In this document: positions 1 to 34,977 of the stretch, one piece after another
Layout of the letters: each line of letters starts with the position of its first letter
Numbering within the stretch: the first letter of the stretch is position 1
NCBI GenBank assembly: GCA_030141605.1
Contig: JAQGDQ010001553.1
Span: 1-34,977 of the forward strand
Direction: 5' to 3'
Source: Tubiluchus corallicola
Taxonomy: Eukaryota; Animalia; Priapulida
Length of the DNA: 34,977 nt
Made by a program: the position numbers and the translations under genes
Notes under the pieces: model-generated
The model's input: the letters and a program-made list of their open reading frames with translations, nothing else
Database searches by the model: none
What the model was told of the DNA's origin: nothing

Positions 1-420
1 ACATTTACAGTAAGAATAGACGATAACTACATAAGCTGACAAGTTTTACTACAAGATTACATTAGACATTAGTAACATTTACAGTAGCAATAGACTATAA
101 ATACACAAGCTGACAAGTTTTACTACAGTGATACGTTAGACATTAGTAGAAAATGACGGTTAGTAAACATTAATGTACGATTATTTAAGAATGATGCATT
201 TTACATCAGATAGAAACTACTTGAAGCGTTTAGTACGTAATATAAAGTCATGTATACATTGGAATATTTTACAGTTAGCAACATAGTTAAATTCATCTTT
301 TCCGAATAATAACAACTTCAACAGATCATTATTTCCTAAGGCAGGTATAATATTGCTTTTGAGGATACATTCATAATAATTTTGCAGAAATGCTATTTAC
401 CTCGAATTTTCGAGTGTCGA
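1..420 (-). mobile_element. CR1-like LINE 3' fragment (copy 1)
   Basis: Near-identical to 26211-26428, and 262-343 matches 19280-19361, which encodes the ORF2 C-terminus. Confidence 0.65.
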
Positions 421-721
421 TTCTGCTAACTAAACAAGCAATACTCAAAAATTGCACAAAAACATATTTTTACTAGGAGTAGGGTTACTTTAAAACGCTT
501 GTTTAAAACGTTGTGTATATATTTAGAATACATTTTTCAGAACAGTTTTGTAGGGCGTACTAAGGTCAAAGAAGTGAATACAATAACATGAACCATCGGG
601 GCGAGAACTTTTTACGAAAAGTAGGGCAGGTTTATTTCAATTCAGGTTTATTTCACATGGTAAAGCAACCGTGTTAAAGGGTGTCCAAGCAGCTACATTT
701 TTTGGTGGATAATTTAATGGC

Positions 722-1273
722 ACTATGGCCAAATCACGTTGAAAATACCGGTTCTCGTCTGATTACCGAAGTTAAGCAACGTAGAGCGTGGTTAGTACTT
801 GGATGGGTGACCGCCTAAGAATACCAGGTGCTGTAGACTTGCAGGATGCCCACACTGTATCTCGACACTAGGCGGAGGAGCTGCACAAGCAGCCAACGGC
901 TAGAGGGCAGAGGAGGTCAAGTGACCCAACGGCCATGTGTAGAGGAGTAAACCTTCCAAATCAGGAGTGGAGCCCCGAAGGCGGACCAGTGCAGCATGCC
1001 TACTGACTCCGGCAGCTCCTGCAGACAACCTGGTGCCAAACGTATCGCTCCGCTTTCCTTTGGACTACACCAGGGAGGAAGAGAGGGGGTTCCTGTTGTC
1101 TGGGCAACTCAGGATCTCCATACACCTTGCCCAGGCGTGCGCCCTGGAGACGTTCAAAGATCGGACTGCTCAGCCACAGTCGACGCTGCAGCTCCATCAA
1201 TGTGATCAATAACTGACTCTCTTGGCGCACACTCCATTGTCTTCCGAGACAGAAGGACGCCAACCAACCAACC
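722..1273 (+). mobile_element. 5S rRNA-derived SINE (SINE3): 5S head, Deu/Nin-like core, RTE-type tail
   Basis: 722-840 is a near full-length 5S rRNA (…ACCGGTTCTCGTCTGATTACCGAAGTTAAGCAAC…TTAGTACTTGGATGGGTGACCGCC…) with no oligo-T terminator. About 985-1130 resembles the Deu core. From 1154 the sequence encodes SKIGLLSHSRRC and ends in (CCAA)n. 11-bp TSD AATTTAATGGC at 711-721 and 1274-1284. Confidence 0.88.
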
Positions 1274-1392
1274 AATTTAATGGCGTCTTAATCACAGTAT
1301 TTCAGATGTCTAACCACCTGGTCCCTACTACCTGAAGTCGTCTTACATGTTAAAAGTTCTTGTCTCAAAACTTAAGTTGCATTGACCAAACA

Positions 1393-1502
1393 TCCAGACA
1401 GGGCAACAGCAGCTGCCATTTTTAAAATCTTTGATATGAGCCGGCCGCTGTATCGAACTCACGACCTCCCAGACGGAAAGCGAATGCGTTTCCACTAGAC
1501 CT
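1393..1502 (-). mobile_element. tRNA-derived SINE head with Meta/MESC-like core
   Basis: Minus strand reads GGTCTAGTGG (A box)…GAGTTCGATAC (B box)…CATATCAAAGATTTTAAAAATGGCAGCTGCTGTTGCCCTGTCTGG. Confidence 0.7.
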
Positions 1503-1660
1503 AACTATCTGGTCACAATGTCTGGTTCGTTCCTGCCAAATTTCCGTTAATAGAAACAATGGCATAAATTCAACAGTTACGAGTTTTATGTTAGGCCTAG
1601 CTGTACTAATTAGTAAGATATTAGTACCACATATTACTACAATCTATCATTACTGTGTAG

Positions 1661-2051
1661 TAAGGGAGAGCATCGAACGTTCGAGTTCGAAAGTTCGAAT
1701 TCGATTCGAACCTGAAATTATAGATTGGAATAATTCAGTACTTCAGCCACACACGTTCTTTACCATTAAAATGTTTGAAAAAGTATTCACTTAGCACAAC
1801 TTAGCTGCAGTTTCTGTGCAAAACTTTTAACAAACTAATGGTGGTTTTACTGCAGAACAAAATTAAGTAATATGCACGATCTTTGCAAGACCACTTTTTA
1901 CTACTGGTTCGAAAACTGGTTCGAAAATCTTTCACACTCAATTCGAATTCGATTCGAATTCGAAATACTGAAATTCGGTTCGATTCGAATTCGAAAGTCG
2001 CAAATTCGATACGATTCGAATTCGCTTTCTGGTAGCGAATGCTCACCCCTC
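1661..2051. mobile_element. hAT-type MITE rich in TTCGAA palindromes
   Basis: Imperfect TIR TAAGGGAGAGCAT / ATGCTCACCCCTC. 8-bp TSD CTGTGTAG at 1653-1660 and 2052-2059. Confidence 0.75.
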
Positions 2052-2169
2052 CTGTGTAGTCGAACATACATTACGCAAGCAATGAGTATTTATTTAGCTA
2101 TGAAATGTTTTAAACTTGTCGTCAAACTACACACAGTTTATATTTAACTTTTTCTGCTAATTTTTTCAG

Positions 2170-30435
<28,266 letters not shown>

Positions 30436-30453
30436 TCTTATGCTCTGCTACGT

Positions 30454-30459
30454 AATAAA
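30454..30459 (+). terminator. Candidate polyadenylation signal
   Basis: AATAAA 18 nt after the stop codon. Whether it is used is unknown. Confidence 0.35.
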
Positions 30460-32409
30460 CCCAATAACTTTACATTTGTAATTTGGTAACTCCAGTTTCA
30501 TTAGCAACTTCCGACTTGTTGCATACACCCTTTAGGAGGTCTTAATGGACAAGAAAAGAGGTACCTTGAAGTAGGTTTCAGAAAAATCGCCTTAAAATTA
30601 TGTTACTTTACAGCATTTTTATGCGTGTATCTTACTCGCATTGAAAGGAATTTTCGTTTGTTTTAATTTTAAATCTCCCACAATTGTTCCGAGGTCGCCA
30701 TTTCATGACGTCACTACGCAAACGTAAATCAGGGGAAGAAAAGGCAATGTTGAACTATGTCCCAAAAACTTTCCGTGCAAATCTATTACTTAGCATTTCA
30801 CTTACTTTCTGGAAAAACTTATGTAAGTAGAAATAATAATTTAAAATGTTTGTGCCATTTGGTAAAATGCTGCTGACTCACCATCCAGGGTGCGCCACTC
30901 TCTAAACAAAAACGTATTTTTAATCTTATTGACATGATACAGTAATTTAAAGTTTTACTCGGTTAGTGACGCGTGCGCTACGAATGCTCAGATTATTTTT
31001 TCCAACTTTACTCAATGTTATCTAAACTTGTTTCAAACGACGTACCATCAAAATGGCTGCGTCTAACGGTCAAATTTACACGTTTTGTACAGCGTTACGC
31101 CCGATGCAAGCCATGCATATAAAAAGGTACTATGTAAGTGGTAGAAAATTTCGAGACGAATTTTTTAAGCTTTATGTAAGTGGAGGGTTTCCTTGTGGTT
31201 TAAGAATGACATTGTGAAGTGATGATAGTTAAAAATAGTTAAAATTAATACCTTTCTTCACCACCTTTCTTACTAGTGTGAAAAAAGAGGAAATACTGTT
31301 AACTTTGCTAGGCCCTATGTGCATTTAAGATTTTTCAAAATAGAAATCAAAATTGTCACAGATGATTAATTCCAAGCAGGTTCAGGGACTGCGCAGCCAG
31401 TATAATAATAAACTATACCTAACGTGATGACAAACGTGCATTCTGTCATTACGTTAGGTATCCCTTATATTAATATTCTTGGTATCTTAATATATTTATT
31501 TATATATAAGATTCGAGGCTACAGCCCGGACGAGGGCACCATTTGCGGCGATCTATATATCAAACGAAAGGTCTCGATCTAGTGTCGTGCCATTGATGGT
31601 TTATTTTTCGAATCGGGCCCACCGGGAGGAACGGGAGGCGAAAAACCTCCAAAAATGGCCCTTTTTCGGCCGTTTTTTGTAAAAGTTATACGGCTGAGAT
31701 GTAGAGAACGGGAACGGGCCGAGGGGAGTGCTGGGTATGGATAGATAGCCCGTTCAGCGGTGGGTGTAGTAGGCCTATTTAGAATTCCAGAGAGGGCCAC
31801 GGCGCCCCGCAACGGGCGTTTTCCCGGACCCAACTCGCGATTTTTTCGAAATTTTGACCAAACAGCATGCGGGAAAAACGTTCTAGCGGCGCCCGGTGGG
31901 ACTCTCGGAAGGCGATATATAGCTCTTTACAAAGAGGAAGGACAGGGCTACACGATGATGTGGGCTATATGTTAGGGCAGGTCCACCGAGAGGAGTATCA
32001 ACGAGTTAGTTAGGAGTTCTATTTTCGGCAATTTTCGCTTAGAAAACTGCTGACGCAAAGGCATTGTTGTGACGTCATCCATTGTACTCTGCTGTAATCT
32101 TATAACTTTAATTCAGCAAAAAGCTGCTACAGGCAAAGTAAACAAACAGTAGACACGATGTTACGGGCTTTGTGTTATAAATGTGGACTAGGTAGGATGT
32201 TCGTGTATTATTGATTACACGTGTATTTATACGCAATCTTTTGCGGGGCCTTTGCTATTTATTATATTATAGCACATAGTTTCAACTTTGTGAAAAATGT
32301 TTGGAATGGTTTTGTTGTAATGCCGTGCTGCTGGTGCTTGTGCTATAGGTGTTGTCATCGTTGCCACCATCATCATCATCATCATCATCAACATCATGAT
32401 CACCACGTG

Positions 32410-33375
32410 AGGTGGTGGATTTGATGTGGTGTGGTGGTGGTGTGCTTTGTGTGTTGTGCTATGGGTGGTGTGGTGGGGTGATAGGGTGTGTGGGGTGTGG
32501 TGTGGGTAGTGTGGTATGGAGTGGGTGGCATGGTGTGTGGGTGTTGTGGTGCAGTTTGGTGTTATGGTGTGGTGCAGTGCGGTGTGATGTGGTGGAGTAT
32601 TATGGTGTGGGTGGTGTGGTGTGTGGGTGGTGCGGTGTGGTGTGGTGCAGTGGTATGGTGTGGTGCAGTGTGGTGTGATGTGGTGGAGTCGTATGGTGTG
32701 GTTGGTGTGGTGTGGTATGTGGGTCGTGCGGTGTGCTGCAGTGGTATGTTGTGGTGCGGTGTGGTGTGATGTGGTGGAGTGGTATGGTGTGGGTGGTGTG
32801 GTGTGTAGTGGGTGGGTGGTGTGGTGCAGTGTGGTGTTATGGTGTGGTGCTGTGCGGTGTGATGTGGTGGAGTATTATGGTGTGGGTGGTGCGGTGCAGT
32901 GGTATGGTGTGGTGCAGTGTGGTGTGATGTGGTGGAGTCGTATGGTGTGGGTGGTGTGGTGTGGTGTGTGGGTGGTGCGGTGTGCTGCAGCGGTATGGTG
33001 TGGTGCGGTGTGGTGTGTAGGTGGGTGGGTGGTGTGGTGCAGTGTGGTGTTATGGTGTGGTGCAGTGTGGTGTTATGGTGTGGTGCTGTGCGGTGTGATG
33101 TGGTGGAGTATTATGGTGTGGGTGGTGTGGTGTGGTGTGTGGGTGGTGCAGTGGTATGGTGTGGTGCAGTGTGGTGTGATGTGGTGGAGTGGAGTGGTAT
33201 GGTGTGGGTGGTGTGGTGTGTAGGTGGTATGGTGTGGTGTGGGTGGTGTGGTGTGTAGGTGGGTGGGTGGTGTGGTGCAGTGTGGTGTTATGGTGTGGTG
33301 CTGTGCAGTGTGATGTGGTGGAGTGGTATGGTGTGGTGCAGTGTGGAGTGATGTGGTGGAGTGGTGTGGTGTGGT
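32410..33375. repeat. GT-rich (GTGGT-based) low-complexity tract, unit 1
   Basis: Directly visible. Confidence 0.95.
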
Positions 33376-34374
33376 TTTTGTGTTGATTTGTGCACAAAAT
33401 TCTTTTTGTGGGGTTTGGCTTCTCTTATATTAATATTCTTGGTATATATATATATTTATTTATTTATATATATATAAGATTCGAGGCTACAGCCCGGACG
33501 AGGGCACCATTTGCGGCGATCTATATATCAAACGAAAGGTCTCGATCTAGTGTCGTGCCATTGATGGTTTATTTTTCGAATCGGGCCCACCGGGAGAAGG
33601 GGGAGGCGAAAAACCTCCAAAAATGGCCCTTTTTCGGCCGTTTTTTGCAAAAGTTATACGGCTGAGATGTAGAGAACGGGAACGGGCCGAGGGGGGTGCT
33701 GGGTATGGATAGATAGCCCGTTCAGCGGTGGGTGTAGTAGGCATATTTAGAATTCCCGAGAGGGCCAGGGCGCCCCGCAACGGGCGTTTTCCCGGACCCA
33801 ACTCGCGATTTTTTCGAAATTTTGACCAAACAGCCTGCGGGAAAAACGTTCTAGCGTCGCCCGGTGGGACTCTCGGAAGGAGATATGGGGCTCTTTACAA
33901 AGAGGAAGGACAGGGCTACACGATGATGTGGGTTATATTTTAGGGCAGGTCCACCGAGAGGAGTACTGGCGAGTTAATTAGAGGTTCCATTTTCGGCAAT
34001 TTTCGCTTAGAAAACTGCTGACGCAAAGGCATTGTTGTGACGTCATCCATTGTATTCTGTCTATAATCTTATAGCTTTAATTCAGCAAAAAGCTGCTACA
34101 GGCAAAGTAAACAAACAGTAGACACGATGCTACGGGCTTTGTGTTATAAATGTGGACTAGGTAGGATGTTCGCGTATTATTGATTACACGTGTATTTATA
34201 CGCAAAATCTTTTGCGGGGCCTTTGCTATTTATTATATTATAGCACATAGTTTCAACTTTGTGAAAAATGTTTGGAATGGTTTTGTTGTAATGCTGTGCT
34301 GTTGGTGCTTGTGCTATAGGTGTTGTCATCGTTGCCACCATCATCATCATCATCAACATCATGATCACCACGTG

Positions 34375-34977
34375 AGGTGGTGGATTTGATGTGGTGTGGT
34401 GGTGGTGTGCTTTGTGTGTTGTGCTATGGATGGTGTGGTGGGGTGATAGGGTGTGTGGGGTGTGGTGTGGGTAGTGTGGTATGGAGTGGGTGGCGTGGTG
34501 TGTGGGTGGGTGGGTGTTGTGGTGCAGTGTGGTGTTATGGTGTGGTGCAGTGCGGTGTGATGTGGTGGAGTATTATGGTGTGGGTGGTGTGGTGTGGTGT
34601 GTGGGTGGTGCGGTGTGGTGTGATGTGGTATGAGTCGTATGGTGTGGTGTGGTGTGTGGGTGGTGCGGTGTGCTGCAGTGGTATGGTGTGGTGCGGTGTG
34701 GTGTGATGTGGTGGAGTGGTATGGTGTGGGTGGTGTGTAGTGGGTGGGTGTTGTGGTGCAGTGTGGTGTTATGGTGTGGTGCTGTGCGGTGTGATGTGGT
34801 GGAGTATTATGGTGTGGGTGGTGTGGTGTGGTGTGTGGGTGGTGCGGTGCAGTGGTATGGTGTGGTGCAGTGTGGTGTGATGTGGTGGAGTCGTATGGTG
34901 TGTGGGTGGTGTGGTGTGTGGGTGGTGCGGTGTGCTGCAGCGGTATGGTGTGGTGCAGTGTGGTGTGTAGGTGGGTG
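34375..34977. repeat. GT-rich tract, unit 2 (runs off the window)
   Basis: Directly visible, homologous to 32410-33375. Confidence 0.95.

Larger units (their letters stand above)
31410..34977. mobile_element. Hairpin-capped element with about 1.96-kb tandem units; possible Helentron-associated (HINE-like) element or macrosatellite
   Basis: 18-bp stem hairpin at 31415-31461. Units start with CTTATATTAATATTCTTGGTAT at 31464 and 33424. The second unit is cut by the window end. Confidence 0.55.

Noticed and set aside
722-840. Functional 5S rRNA gene
   Set aside because: It has several substitutions and no oligo-T terminator, and it continues into a SINE body bounded by a TSD.
967-1275. Short ORFs of 69-91 aa
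   Set aside because: They lie within the GC-rich SINE body and have no protein features apart from the RTE-derived tail peptide.
1672-2030. TTCGAA-rich region as heat-shock elements
   Set aside because: TTC and GAA mostly abut rather than being spaced by 2 nt. The region is explained as MITE subterminal palindromes.
31882-31900. CTCF-like motif CTAGCGGCGCCCGGTGGG
   Set aside because: Only a partial match, and it is altered in the second unit. It cannot be supported without PWM scoring.
31579-34706. Duplicated short ORFs and Val/Trp/Cys/Gly-rich ORFs
   Set aside because: They are products of the tandem unit and GT-rich low-complexity sequence, with no domain signal.

Overview
AT-rich, intron-rich animal genomic DNA. 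The SINE families suggest an invertebrate host, but the species cannot be fixed from the sequence. The main feature is a + strand adhesion GPCR gene: 13 exons from 2170 to 30435 join through GT-AG sites with matching phases into 3914 coding nt (about 1300 aa). The domain order is 2 cadherin repeats, FN3, 8 EGF, HRM, GAIN/GPS, then a secretin-type (ADGRG-like) 7TM. The start/signal-peptide exon was not found and probably lies upstream. The introns hold many mobile elements: a complete 5S-rRNA-headed SINE with a Deu/Nin-like core and RTE tail, Meta-core tRNA SINEs, RTE, RTEX-like and CR1-like LINE fragments, and hAT, Tc1, Harbinger, piggyBac and Kolobok-like MITEs. There is also an antisense solo LTR carrying a TATA box and four heat-shock element clusters, plus several minisatellites. 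The last 3.5 kb is a hairpin-capped tandem repeat of about 1.96 kb with long GT-rich tracts, possibly Helentron-associated. All family assignments come from motif recognition, not database searches.
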